Source: the human T2T-CHM13v2.0 reference genome, Homo sapiens. Taken from it: a stretch of DNA of 64,000 nucleotides. Both the position numbers and the translations under genes were made by a program. The notes under the pieces were generated by a model. It was given only the letters and a program-made list of their open reading frames with translations, did no database searches and was not told the DNA's origin. The DNA lies in NCBI RefSeq assembly GCF_009914755.1, contig NC_060930.1. One strand, written 5' to 3'. Shown in pieces: positions 46,145-60,655 of the stretch (position 1 is its first letter; every line of letters begins with the position of its first letter).

Positions 46145-46511
46145 CGTTCTCACAAATTATTTTAATTTTTGAAGCAACTTGAATCTTTCTCTTATGGGGG
46201 AGGTAATTTGTACCCAGATCAATCAAAGAAATCACTGTCTATGGCAGCTATAGCTTTACAAAATGTATTTCTTAAATAATAAGACTTGAAAATTAAAATT
46301 ACTCCTTGATCCATGGGTTGCAGAATTGGTGTTGTGTTAGTAGGCATGAAAACAGTATTAATCTCCTTGTACAACTCCATCAGAGCTCTTGGGTAACCAG
46401 GTGCATTGTCAATGACCAGTAACATTTTGAAAGCAATATTATTTTGTCAGTATTCCGTCTCAACAGTGGGCTTAAAATATTCAGAAAAATATGCAGTAAA
46501 AAAATGTTCTG

Positions 46512-46848
<337 letters not shown>

Positions 46849-47434
46849 TCATGGAGAAGAATGAAAATTTCGAGTGAATTCTACACCTTCAACTGAGGTA
46901 ACTGGGTTAACCAGGTTCTGGCTTTGGGACTGACTAGGTGGTCACATGATCCACAGAGAGTGAGGAAAAGTAGGGTGGGGTGATGGTCCACCCAGGAGTG
47001 TCATGGAATCAGGGGAACCCCTACCCCTAGCTAAGGGAGGTGGTGAGTGATTGTTTGACCCGGGCCAGGAAACCACATGTTTCTCATGGATCTTTTCAGC
47101 CCGTGGATGAAGAGATCCCCTTGTGAGCCCATACCACCAGGGCATTAGGTCCAAAGCACAGAGCTGGGCAGACTCTTGGCAGTTGCTCAGGCACACACAG
47201 AGACCCAGGAATTTTTGCAAACTCAGGCCCCTGGAATTCTGGTGAGGCAGATCTGTCCATTTCCCTAGGAAAGGGGCTGAAGTCTGGGAGCCAAGTGGCG
47301 TTGTTCAGCAGGCCCTGCTCCCAAGTTAAGACCCACTGGCTTGGAATTCCAGCTGGCCAGAGGCAGCAGGCTGGATACTGCATGAGATGTTCGAGTTCCC
47401 TGGAGGAGGGGCAGCTGCTATCTTTGCAGCCTGA

Positions 47435-47833
<399 letters not shown>

Positions 47834-50346
47834 CCAGACTGCTTCTTTAAGTGAGACCCCAATCCATCCCTCCTCAATGGGCAGGGCCTCCCTTCAATAA
47901 TTTTAGTAACTCCAGCCAATGTTTCATGGAAAGAACTCTGATCTTTCTCGGTGGAGTCCCTCAGGGGAGGGGTGGCCGTGGTCTTCACAGTTCAGTGACT
48001 TACCCTTTCCTGACTGCTGGATCTGGAGAGTTCAGGTGGTCTGGAGGAGGGGGCTTTCCCCCAGCGCAGCATACCTACTCCACCAATGGGCTGCCAGACT
48101 GCTTCTTTAAGTGGGTCCCTGATCTCATGCTTTCTGACTGAGTGAGACCTCCCAACAGGGATCTCCAGGCACTTCTTGTAATAGCATTCGGGGCGGCATC
48201 GGATGGTGCCCCTCTGAGATGGAGCTCTGGGAGGAAGGAACAGGCTGCCATCTGTACTCTTTTGCAGCTTCACTGGTAATACCTCCAGGTGCAGGGGATA
48301 CCCGGGTGATTAAAGCCTGGAGTGGGCCCCCAGCCAACCACAGCAACCCTACAGAAGAGGCAGAAGAGAAGTCTGACTGCTAAAAGAAAAACAAACAAAT
48401 AGAAATCAACAATAGCAGCATCAACAAAAAAGACACCACAAAAACCCCATTCAAAGGTCAGCAACCTTAAAGATCAAAGACAGATAAGCCCACAAAGATG
48501 AGAAAGAATCAATATAAAAATGCTGAAAATTCAAAAAGCCAGAGTGCCTCTTCTCCTCCAGATGATCACAGCACCTCTTCAGCAAGGGCACAGAACTAGG
48601 CTGAGGCTGAGATGGCTGAATTGACAGAAATAGGCTTCAGACTGTGGGTAATAATGAACTTCACTGGGCTAAAGGAGCATGTTCTAACCCAATGGAAAGA
48701 AGCTAATAATAATGATATAAAATTACAGGAGATGATAACCAGAATAGCCAGTTTAGGGAGGAATATAAATGACCTGATGGAGCAGAAAAACACAACAAAA
48801 CTTCCCAGTGCAATCATAAGTATCAACAGCCAAATAGGCCAGGTGGAGGAAAGAATCTCAGAGCTTGAAGACTGTCTTTCTGAAATAAGACAAGCAGAAA
48901 AGAATAGAGAAAAAAGAATGAAAAGACATGAACAAAACCTCTGAGAAATATGAGATTATGTAAAAAAAAAAAAAAAAAAAAAAACCTATGACTGATTGGA
49001 GTACCTGAAAGAGACGGGGAGAACAAAACCAAGTTGGAAAACATACTTCAGGATATCATCCAGGAGGACTTCAACCTAGCAAGACAGGCCAACATTCAAA
49101 TTCAGGAAATCCAGAGAAGTCCGGTAAGATACTCCATGAGATCAACCCCAAGACACCTAATTCTCAGATTCTCCACGGTTGAAATGAAAGAAAAAATGTT
49201 AAGGGCAGCCAAAGAGAAAGGCTAGGTCACCTACAAACGGAAACCCATCAGACTAACAGCAGACCTCTCAGCAGAAACTCTGTAAGCCAGAAGAGATTGG
49301 GGGCCAATATTCAACATTCTGAAGTAAAAGAATGTCCAACCCAGAATTTTGTGTCTGGCCAAACTAAGCTTCCTAAGTGAAGGAGAAATAAGATTGTTTT
49401 CAGACAAGCAAATGCTGAGGAAGTCCATCACCACCAGGCCTGCCTTGTAAGAGCTCCTGAAGGAAGCACTAAATATGGAATAGAAAAACTGTTACCATCC
49501 ACTACAAAAACACACTGAAGTACACAGACAATGACACTATGAAGCAACTGCATAAATAAGTCTGCAAAATAACCAGCTAGCATCATGGTGACAGGAACAA
49601 ATTAACACATAACAATACTAACCTTGTATGTAAATGGGCTAAATGCCACAATTAAAAGACACAGAATGGCAAACTGGATAAACAGTCAAGACCCATCAGT
49701 GCGATGTATTCAAGAGACCCATCTCACCTCATGTGCAAACACACACAAAGGCTCAAAATAAAGGGATGGAGGAGAATTTAGGAAGCAAATGGAAAACAGA
49801 AAAAAGCAGGGGTTGCAATCCTAATTTCTGACAAAACAGACTTTAAACCAACAAAATTCAAAAAAGACAAAGAAGAGCACTACATAATGGTAATGGGTTC
49901 AATTCATCAAGAAGAGCTAACTATCCTAAATATATATGCACCCAACACATAAGCACCCAGACTCACAGAGCAAGTCCCTAGAGACTTTCAAAGAGACTTA
50001 GACTTCTACACAATAATAGTGGGAGCCTTTGATACCCCACTGACAATATTAGACAGATCATTGGGACAGAAAATTAACAAAGATATTCAGGACCTGAATT
50101 CAGTTCTGGATTAAGTGCACCTGATAGATATCTACAGAACTCTCCACCCAAATTCAACAGAATATACGTTTTCTCATTGCCACATGGCACTTACTCTAAA
50201 ATTGATCACATAATTGGAAGCAAAACACTTCTCAGCAAATGCAAAAGAACTAAAATCATAACAGCCTCTCAGACCACAGCACAATCAAATTAGAAACTCA
50301 CTGAAAACCACACAACTACGTAGAAATTGAACAACCTTCTCTTGAA

Positions 50347-50703
50347 ATACAAATGGGCAGTCATTAACCCTTAAAGTTTCAAAATGATTTCCTTTGACTC
50401 CATGTCTCACATCCAGGTCATGCTGATTCAAGAGGTGGGCTTCCATGGCCTTGGGCAGCTCTGCCCCTGTGACTTTGCAGGGTACATCCCCTCTCCCAGC
50501 CGCTTTCACGAGCTCACATTGAGTGTCTGCACATGCTCTCTTGCCTGCCACCATATAAGATATGCCCTTGCTCCTCCTTGGCCTTCTGCAATAATTGTGA
50601 GGCCTTCTCAGTCATGTGGAACTGAGTCCATTAAACCTCTTTTTCTTTATAAATTACCCAGTTTGAATATTTCTTCGTAGCAGTATGAAAATGGACTAGT
50701 ACA
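50347..50703. mobile_element. THE1 chimera: antisense THE1-int fragment plus sense LTR 3' half
   Basis: cctttgactccatgtctcacatccaggtcatgctgat (internal, minus) joined at ctgcac to ctcttgcctgccacc...ggactagtaca (LTR, plus). Confidence 0.8.
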
Positions 50704-53153
50704 CATACCTCAAAATAATAACAGCCATATATGACAAAACCACAGCCAATATCATACTGAGTGGGCAAAAGCTGGAGGCATTCCTCTTGAAAACTGGCAC
50801 AAGGCATGGATGCCCTCTCTCACCACTCCTATTCAACATAGTTTTGAAAGTTCAGGCCAGGGCAATCTGGCAAGGGAAGGAAATAAAGCATATTCAAATG
50901 GAAAGAAAGACAGTCAAATTATCTTTGCAGATGACATGATCCTATATCTAGGAAACCCTATTGTCTCAGCCCAAAAGCTTCTTAAGCTGATAAGGAAATT
51001 CAGCAGTCCCAGGATACAAAATCAATGTGCAAAAATTGCTGCCATTCCTATACACATCAAGAACAGGCAAGCGGAGAGCCAAATCATAAATGAGCTCCCA
51101 TTTACAATTGCTACAAAGAGAATAAAATACCTAGGAATACAGCTAACATGGGAAGTGAAGGACCTCTTCAAGGAGAACTACAAACCACTGCTCTGGGAAA
51201 TCAGAGAGGACACAAACAAATGGAAAATCATTTTATGCTCATGGATAAAAAGAAACAGTATCATGAAAATGGCCATACTGCCCAAAGTAATTTATAGATT
51301 AAATGTTATTCCCATTTAACTACCATTTTACATTCTTCACAGAATTAGAAATAAACTATGGAACCGAAAAAGAGCTCATATAGCCAAGATAATCCTAAGC
51401 AAAAAGAACAAAGCTGGAGGCATCATGCTACCCAACTTCAAACTATACTACAAGGCTACAGTAACCAAAACAGCATGGTATCAGTACAAAAACAGACACA
51501 TAGACCAATGGAACAGAATAGAGAACTCAGAAATAAGACTGCACATCTACTACCATCTGATTTTTAACAAACCTGACAAAATTAAGCAATAGGGAAATAA
51601 TTCCCTATTTAATAAATGGTGCTGGGAGAACAGGATAGCCATATGCAGGAAATTGAAACTAGATCCCTTCCTTACACCTTATGCAAAAATTAACTCAAGA
51701 TGATTTAAAGACTTAAATGTAAAACCCAAAACTATAAAAATCCTAGAAAAAAATCTATTTCATTTACATCATTCAGAACATAGGCATGGGCAAAGATTTT
51801 ATGATGAAAATGCTAAAAACAATTGCGACAAAAGCAAAAATTGACACGTGGGATCTAATTAAACTAAAGAGCTTCTGCACAGGAAAATAAACTATAATTA
51901 GAGTGAGCAGACAACTTATAGAATGGGGGAAACTTTTTGCAATTTATCCATCTAACAAACGTCTAATATTCAGAGTCTACAAGGAAGTTAGACAAATGCA
52001 AAAGAAAAAGACAAACAACCCCATTAAATAGTGAGCAAAGGACATGAACAGATACTTCTCAAAAGAAGATATTCATGTGGCCAACAAACATATATAAGAA
52101 AAGCCCAACATCAATCATCCTTAGAGAAATGCAAATTCAAACCACAATGAAATACCATGTCACACCAGTCAGAATGGTGATTATTAAAAAGTGAAGAAAC
52201 AACAGATGCTGGTGAGATTGCAGAGAAAAAGGAATGCTTTTACACTGTTGGTGGGAGTGTAAATTAGTGAAACCATTGTGTAAGACAGTGTGGCAATTCC
52301 TCAGTGATTTAGAAGCAGAATTACCATTTGTCCCAGCAATCCCACTACTTGGTATATACCCAAAGGAATATATGTCATTCTGTCATAAAGATACTTGCAC
52401 ACATATGTTTCTTACAGCACTATTCACAATAGCAAAGACATGGAATCAACCCAAATGCCCATCGATGATAGCTTGGAGAAAGAAAATGTGGTACATATAT
52501 AGCATGGAATACTATGCAGCCACAAAAGGAATGAGATCATGTCTTTTGCAGAGACATGGATGGAGCTGGAAGCTGTTATCCTCAGCAAACTAATGCATGA
52601 ACAGAAAACCAAACACCACATATTCTCACTTATAAGTGGGACCTGAATGATGAGAACACATGGACACATGAAGGGGAGCAACACACACTGAGGTCTTGTT
52701 GGGGGCGGTGAGAGGAGTGAGAGCATCAAGAAGAATAGCTAATAGATACTGGCCTTAATACCTAGGTGATGGGTTCATCTATGCAGCAAACTACCATGGC
52801 ACATGTTTACCTATGTTACAAACCTGCACATCCTGCACATGTACCCTGGAACTTAAAATAAAAGTTGAAGAAAAAAAATGTTCTGCCATCCAGGCTTTGT
52901 TATTTCATTTATATGATACAGGCAGATTAGATTTATTATAATTTTTAAGGGCCTTAGGATTTTTGGAATGGTCAATGAGCAATGACTGAAGTTGAAACTT
53001 AAAGTCACTATGTGTATGAGCCCCTAACAAAGGAGTCAGCTTGTTCTCCGAGGCTTTGAAGCCAGACATTGACTTCTCCTCTGTAGCTATGAAATTCCTA
53101 GATGGCATATTCTTCCAATACAAAGTTGTGTTGTGTATATTGAAAATCTGTTG

Positions 53154-53377
53154 TTCAATTGGATACACACAAACTCAAAGGTGGGAACAATAAACACTGG
53201 GGATCCCAGAAAAGGGAAGGTGGGAGAGGGCATGGTTGAACAACTGCCTATCAGATGTTATTCTCACTACTTGGGCGATGGGATCATTAGAAGCTCAAAA
53301 CTCAATATCATGCAATATAACCATGTAAGAAACCTGCACATGTACCCTCCGAATCTAAAATAAAATAAAATGAAAGA
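53154..53377 (+). mobile_element. L1PB-like 3' end
   Basis: aacctgcacatgtaccctccgaatctaaaataaa. TSD aaaatctgttg. Confidence 0.8.
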
Positions 53378-53418
53378 AAAATCTGTTGATTAGTGTAGCC
53401 CCCTGTATTAATTATCTT

Positions 53419-53717
53419 TTTTTTTTTCTTTTTTTGAGACAGATTCTTGTGCTGTCACTCAGGCTGGAGTGCAACGTTGAAATCTCGGCTCACTGCAACT
53501 TCTGCCTCCCGGATTCAGGCAATTCTTGTGTCTCAGCCTCCTAAGAAGCTGAGATTACAGGTGTGTACCACCACACCTGGATAATTTTTGTATTTTCAGT
53601 AGAGATGGGGCTTTGCCATGTTGTCCAGGCTGATCTTGAACTCCTTGCCTCAAGCAGTCTGCCCACCCCAGCTTCCAAAAGTGCTGGGATTATAGGTGTG
53701 AGCCACCACGGCCTGCC
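53419..53717 (-). mobile_element. AluJ-like
   Basis: Diverged Alu. TSD attaattatctt at 53407-53418 and 53721-53732. Confidence 0.9.
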
Positions 53718-54647
53718 AGCATTAATTATCTTAGATCTGGATAACTTGCTGCAGCTTCTCCATCAACATTTGCTCTTTCACTTTGTACTTTTGTTTTATG
53801 AAGATGGCTTCTTTCCTTAAACCTCCTGGAGCAACTTCTGCTACCTTCAAACTTTTCTTCTGCAACTTCCTCCTCTCTCTCAGCCTTCATAAAATCGAAG
53901 AGGGTTAGGGCCGTGCTCTGGATTAGGCTTTGCTTAAGGAAATGTGGCTGGTTTGATCTATGCAGACTACTAAAACTTTTTCCATATTAGCTATAAGGCT
54001 GTTTTGCTTTTTTATTATTCATGTGTTCATTAGAGTAGCACTTTTAATTTCCTTCAAGAACTTTTCGTTTGCATTCACAACTTGCTAACTGGCACAAGAG
54101 GCCTAACTTTTGACCTATCTCAGCTGTCAACCTGCCTTCCTCACTAAGCTTACTCATTTTAGCCTTTTGATATAAAGTGAGAGACTTGTAACTCTTCCTT
54201 GTGTTTGAATACTTAGAGAATATTGTAGTGTTGTGACTTGGCCTAATTTCAATATTGTTCTGTGGAAATAGGGAGGTCCAAGGAGAAGAAGATATATGGG
54301 AACTGCCTATTGTTGGAGCAGTCACAACACACATAACATATATTAATTAAGTTTGCATCTTATATGGGTGTGGTCCATGGCACCTCAAAACTATTACAAT
54401 AGTGACATCAGGGATCACTGGTCACTGTAACAAGTACAATAATAATGAAACAGTTGAAAATATTTTGAGAATTACAGTGTTGTGAGAATGTGGCACAGAG
54501 ATGTGAAGGGAGCACATACTGTTTGGAAATGGTCCTAAGAGACTTATTTGATGCAGGACTACCAAAATCTTTAATTTGTTAAAAAAAAAAAAGCAGTATC
54601 TGTATAACACAATAAAGTGAAGTGCAGTAAAACAAGGTATGCTTGTA

Positions 54648-55150
54648 TTTATACCCTTATGTTCATAGCAGCATAATTTGCGATAGCCAAAGGTGAAAAC
54701 AACCCAAACGTTCATTGACAGCTGAATGTATAAACCAAACGTGCTATATACACACAATGGAATATTATTCAGCCTTCAGAATAAATGACTTTCCAACACA
54801 TTAAAACATGGATGAACACGGATTGAAGATATTATGCTGAGGGAAATAAGTCAGTTACAAAAGGACAAGCACTATATGAGTACACTTATATGAGGTACCT
54901 AGAGTAGTCAAATTGTTAAAAACAAAAAGTGAAATAGAAAAAAAAAACAAATTGATAGAAACAAAAAGGTCTCCAGGAGCTTAGGAAAGGGAAAATGAGC
55001 AGTTATTGTTTAATGTGCATAGTTCCAGTTTAGGAAGATGAAAAAGCTCTGTAGATAGTGAGATGGTTGCAAAATAGTATCAATGTACTTTATGTTCCTG
55101 ATCACTAATGCTACATAACTAAAAAATGATAAAATGGTAAATTTTATGGG
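54648..55150 (+). mobile_element. L1MB-like 3' end
   Basis: atgttcatagcagca, caatggaatattattcagcc, gaggtacctagagtagtcaaatt, aaatggtaaattttatg. Confidence 0.75.
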
Positions 55151-55315
55151 AATTCCTCTATTGGAAAAGAGGCAGAAGCTGTTGTTTTTATTATTTACAT
55201 ACATTACAAATGTAACTTAAAAATGAGATTGATTTTGTGGCTTCTTGAGAAACCAAATGAATAAAAATGGAACTAAGGGGTGTCAATGATAAACACAGCC
55301 AAACATTAGGTAAAT

Positions 55316-55820
55316 TGTTGAGAAAAATACTTTAGTTGGTAATAACTATTGCAGTAGGGAAAAAAATCCAATGTGAACTTAAGTCAACTTAGATTCATAC
55401 AGAATGACTGGGCATTTTAAAGGGAGGATGAGGAAATAGGGAGAGGGTGAGTGGAAGCTCAATAGTGCCAAGGAAAGAAAAAAAAATTTAAAAGTGAGGA
55501 GTTTGTCCACGGGAAACACACCTGGGTTTGCTAACTGGCACTAACTGGCACTTGTGGGAATTAGGCTGCTCTTTTCCCACAGACACTGAGACAGGGGCCC
55601 TAATCGTCAGGTGTTGGCTGAAACAAACTTTTGATGATCTTGAGTTTTTTCAGGAAGGCACTTTAAGAAAGGCTAATATCATCCTATGTATGCAGCCTTG
55701 AACTGTTTGAAATGATCGAAGTGTTTGTTCAAGTGTTTATAGGCCAAAATTGGCAGGTATATTCAAGAAATAGGCTCCTCTGAGACAGGCTAGAGTTTGG
55801 TAAAAGAGAATCTTTTTTAG
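55316..55820. mobile_element. ERV1 LTR (MER31-like)
   Basis: actattgcagtagggaa...gcattttaaaggga...gagtttggtaaaagagaatc resembles MER31. Confidence 0.45.
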
Positions 55821-56014
55821 AGGTTAAGCATCTTCTATAAGTCATATATTAAGGAAATTACACTTCCTTGGGATCTGAATTATAAGGGGAACTCAGTAGG
55901 TCAAGTGTAAGTTTGTAATAAGCCAGTAGAATGATTACAGTTTTTCTCATTTTTCTGGTCACACATGCTTACAGTCACTTAAAAATACAGGTATTTGCCA
56001 TCACACAGGCTTAC

Positions 56015-56163
56015 CTTTTTATAAGGGTTAGCTGCTATATCTTTATCCAAGAATGTCCATTCCCTCCTCTGAAAATTTTTAGACTCATTGTACCAGCCTT
56101 CAATTACATTTGATCATGAGACAGGATAAGATGACAATTGTATATTTCCTTGACATTTACTAT
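56015..56163 (-). pseudogene. CRISP-like pseudo-exon 5 (149 bp)
   Basis: Acceptor tttccttttttcag, phase-1 start, donor AAG|GTAAGC. Motif SYPVS*SNVIEGWYNES..F...EWT with a TGG>TGA stop at 56114-56116. Confidence 0.92.
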
Positions 56164-58682
56164 CTGAAAAAAGGAAATAGGGCTGGGCCGTACCCTACAA
56201 GAATATTTTTCTCATTTTTATTTTACAAATGCTTCACTGATCATCTAGGCAACATCTAGAGGGGGTAAACTCAGTTATATCCCTGTTGGCAATCTTCTTT
56301 CTTTCTCATTGATAAATAAGTATGTGGTGCCCAGGTTCAGTGATAAGTTGATAGCAGGAGATGATAAACAAGCGTTGAAATCAGATCAACCAACCTTTCA
56401 GTCTCTGTCTCTTTCAAGCTAATGGAGATGAGTGAAACCAAATCAGAGAAGCTTAAGTATTGTAACAGGGTCCATGGCTACTCTGAAGCCATTCTATTCA
56501 TTATGTAAGGACCATGAAATAAGCATCTGTTCTATTTAACCATCCACCTATGGTGTGGGCTTTTCATCCAGCATGGTATTTAGGAATGATCTTCCTTTCT
56601 GTGGGCCAGGGAAGATGCAAATTGTCAACTTATTGAACCCAGTCCCACATTGTTTCCCAGGGCCACAGTTTTTCAGTCAAATACTCATCCACCACTCCAC
56701 CTCCACCTCCTCCCACATCTCAGGCACTTTTTGGTAGAGTGGCCATGTCTTCCAGTTCAGAGTGTCCCAAGGTATGTGAAAACTAAATCCAGGAGGTCTA
56801 CCTAATGATAGACTTGCCTTTCTCTACACAATATCTGAGTTCCTTCTCTGAAAAACACCCTGCTACCTACACCAAGGAAATTAATACGGCTAAGGAAAAC
56901 ACATGACAGTGTATTCATTTCTTGTCTTTACAACAACCACCAACAGTAGCCAACTCAGCTTATAGTGTTGCTTCTCTGTGATAGGCAACATAAGTCTTCA
57001 AAAGGCCATTCAGATTTCTGCCCCATTTTAAGAGAATATGAATTTAAGTAATTCAAAAGCCTGACATTCTGTCACAAGGGATTGTGAGGAGAAGACAAGA
57101 AAGAGAAAGAAAGTTAAAAAAAAAGAACTATTATTTCCTGCCCTACCTGTTCATCCCTATCTCTGGTAGTTTCCATCCTCAATGGGGTAGTGAGCTTTAG
57201 AAATATCTAGATAGATATGGAAGCAGCTAGAAAATTGGCGGTATTTGTATACTTTCCTCAGAGAATAAGAAAGAGTAAGAAAACTTTGAGGGAAGACTTG
57301 AGTTAATGTTTTACAATGTGTCCTTGGTAAAGAAATAAATCAAACTGCTAGAGCCCATGTCCTTTAATATGGCTTGGGTTAATAACTTTTCAGATACCGT
57401 AGAAATGGCACACAAAATTGCTAAGGGTGCTCAAGAGTAAACAAGAGGTAGAGAAAATCCAAGATAACAGTATTTTATTTTAATTTGCAAAGACAGATTT
57501 TAAAAAGTATTGTACTGCATTAGACCAAATTTGCTCCATTGAATTCAAATTTATTTTATTTTTTTTTCAAATTTTTTTTCTCCACTATTTAACAACAAGA
57601 CTAGTGAGGAAAGTTAGCTCAATTCATAGAAAATAAACAAATCAATATTTTCCCTACACTTTTCAGTGTAATGTTAGCCATTTGGTGATCTGCAGAGTCA
57701 GTTTGATAGGGCTGTGTTGGGCTGTGCCCACAGTGGAAACCTTAGCCACCACCACCTACTACTGATGAAAAGCACCAGCCAGTCCTCTTAGTTCCTGCAC
57801 CCAATGTTGCTTTCTAAAGAGCTACTTTTAAGAGCTACTTTCTTTAAGAGCTACTTTTACTTGCTATGTATTTTTAAGGTGGATGTGTGATAAAATAAGG
57901 TCATATATGTGTCTATATACAAGTAGTACACTTGAGAAATAAAAACAATTCTTGACGAGTTACAAATGCTAAAGCGTACAATATGGTGGAATCCTTTTGT
58001 CATAAGAGTTTTGGAGAATAGCTAAAAGAGCTTAGTTTTATTCAGTTTTGCTACTGAAAATTAATTTGTCAATGATATTGCTCAAAGATTACCAATAATC
58101 TATAGATATAGAAGTCCCATTAGTACTTTTTATTATTTTATAATAAAATATTCTTGTAGATATTTTTAATATCCACTTGTGTAGAAAGTACTAATGGCTT
58201 TTCTGAAAACTAGCAGTGAACCTAATTTACATGGTTATCGTATTGCCATGAGATGGGCTCACCTTTGACCCCTTAAAAATGTTCTTATGGGCAGATCAGA
58301 AGAATTGCCTATCGACAATTCCTAAAGCTAAAGAAATCCTAGCGGTAATATATTGTGGGTAGCTGAGACAACTGCATTGAGTGGAAACCATCTAAGCATC
58401 TAGCTGCCTGTCCAGTCATTATTGCATTGCTCAAATATTCTATAATTTTTAGAGCTTTGATTCCCTTATCCTTGGTGACCTGAATTTGGAACCTATAAAT
58501 GTGAATATTCAAATTAAATAATAATAATAATAAAACCTGTGTATTAGACCATATTTCACTGTCAAGTATGGGTACATATGCAAATACAGACTGTATGATG
58601 TAACCTCATCTTGCCAGGAAATTAACAACCTCTGGAGAGTTTTGAGCACATTGGGCCATACAGAGCCGCTACATATCCCTGC

Positions 58683-58773
58683 TTGCAATTTTCCACTCCT
58701 GTTCTTTGATCTGTATCAGTTTACACTGCTTTGACATCATTTTGGCCTTTTGCGCAGCATCTTTACTCCAGTT
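58683..58773 (-). pseudogene. CRISP-like pseudo-exon 4 (91 bp)
   Basis: Acceptor ctcttcctctatag, then the open frame NWSKDAAQKAKMMSKQCKLIQIKEQEWKIA plus 1 nt. Donor mutated to GCAGGG. Length equals CRISP1 exon 4 as recalled. Confidence 0.88.
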
Positions 58774-60419
58774 CTATAGAGGAAGAGTAAATATCAAACT
58801 CATGATCTTATTAAAATTTCCATGATAAGTCTAGGTTATTTTTTAAAACCACATCTAGCAATATCCTCAACTTATAAGCTAAAAATTTAAATAATGAAAT
58901 TACTCTTTTATTTATGGTAGAAAAAATAAAACATAGTTCGTTAAATTCACAAATTCAAAATTTGATAATAACAATCAGATTAGCCTCTCTTTCTGATGTA
59001 GTAAAGACTTAAGGAAATGCTTTCAGTAGATCTACCAAGATAGAAATCCATCACATTATTTATTTGTAGTTTTACCTCTGACACATTATTTTATCTCGAT
59101 ATCTCAGTTTCTTTGACTCATAGTTCATATTAAAACATTTGTTCCAAAGGCTTAATGTGATAATCAATGCCATATAATTATTATATGGCAAATCCTGAAC
59201 TATGTCCTGAATTAATAAATGATAACTATGATTGGAAAGCAGTATAGTATTGGGCATCTATATTTAAAATTGTGAATAATAAAAATTAATAGGTAACACA
59301 ACACACTAGAATCTGTTTTTAAGTCTGCAAATATTTTTTCTTACTTTTTCCTCACAGCAACTCCAAAATGGAAGTACTATTGTTATCTCCGTTTACAAAT
59401 TAGGAAACTGAGGCACAGATATGCTCTTGGGTACTTGTCAGCAGCAGTTGTTCTACAAGTAAGGTGAAAAGTAGAACCTCTTTATCACTAGGTATTGGAT
59501 AAATAATTTCCCTAAGATTGTTTCATCCTCTCATTCTCTACATCGATTTAAAGGACTGCCACTATATTCACATGCAAAACATTGCCAAAAAAAAGTGTGA
59601 ACATTGTTTTTTCAATAGGCTTTTATGTAAGTTATTTAGCTACACATTAGAATAATTTTAGAATGACAACCTAACTTAGAATTTCAGTATTTTCTCTTTT
59701 AGTGGAAGAAGTCTTAATTATGATATGTGTGTGCTGCCATCTGATGATAACTTTCTAGGACATTTCATGTTAATGAATTAACTAAACTACAGGATGAATG
59801 AAATAATTCATTAGCCTGACACTGTGTAAAGACATGCTTGTCAGGTTTTAATTTCTTCATGCAAGAAAAGACACATTTGTTACAGCCTATGTCTAAGGAA
59901 CAGAGATACAACACCATATTCACTTCTCCCAGGGTAGGGAATATTGTCGCACTTGTTAATAAAGATAACTTTCCTATTACGACCAGGTTACCATATACTT
60001 AGAACAGGAACTTACCTAGTTAAATCCCAACTGACTGCTTGTTATGGATGCAGTGCATCATCATTCTGAAGGGCATATTCGCCCAGCAGCTGGGAGTCCT
60101 GCCCAGAAGCAGCTCTACAGTCTGCCCTTTCTGAAAGTTGCCATAATCCCTTTGCTGGGCAAGCCCACTTGGAGAGTTGGTAGACGTACATTTCAGGCTT
60201 ATAATACTTTCTAATGTCTCCTTTGTACTCATCTTAACTCCCCAGGAATAAGGTTTCTAAAACCTTATTTTTAAATAAAAAAAATGAGAAAACTTATTTT
60301 TAAATGAGCTCATGTAAGGCTACATTTTTTATTGATTCTTCAATCTTGTTAGTACTAACTAGGCACACTTACTTGCTCATCTGGCAGCCAAGGAGTTTGG
60401 ACCCCATTTGTCCTAAGGA

Positions 60420-60655
60420 AGAAAAGTGGTTAAGAGCAGAATACCTGTAGCTGGCCCACTTCCATTGGAATATGGGCTCCAATGCTTATAACTGGATAAG
60501 GTGCTTAATTTTTCTGAATGTTAGTGTCATTATCTGTAAAATGGAGATGGTAGTATTATCTACCTTACAGGATTATTGGAAGAATTAAATGAGTCATTGT
60601 AAGAAGGTACTAGAAAATTGCCTGTCAATAATAAGCACCATATGCGTGTTAGTTA
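60420..60655 (+). mobile_element. MIR
   Basis: gtggttaagagca...tctgtaaaatggagat...gaattaaatgag core. Confidence 0.7.

Noticed and set aside
58085-58110. accaataatctata anchor resembling the triplicated module
   Set aside because: Flanks do not align with copies A-C; treated as chance.
60010-60232. 70-aa minus-strand ORF followed by a strong donor TAG|GTAAGT (similar donor at 40801-40809)
   Set aside because: No CRISP or other protein similarity and no clear acceptor. It could be a non-coding exon, but the sequence alone cannot support that.
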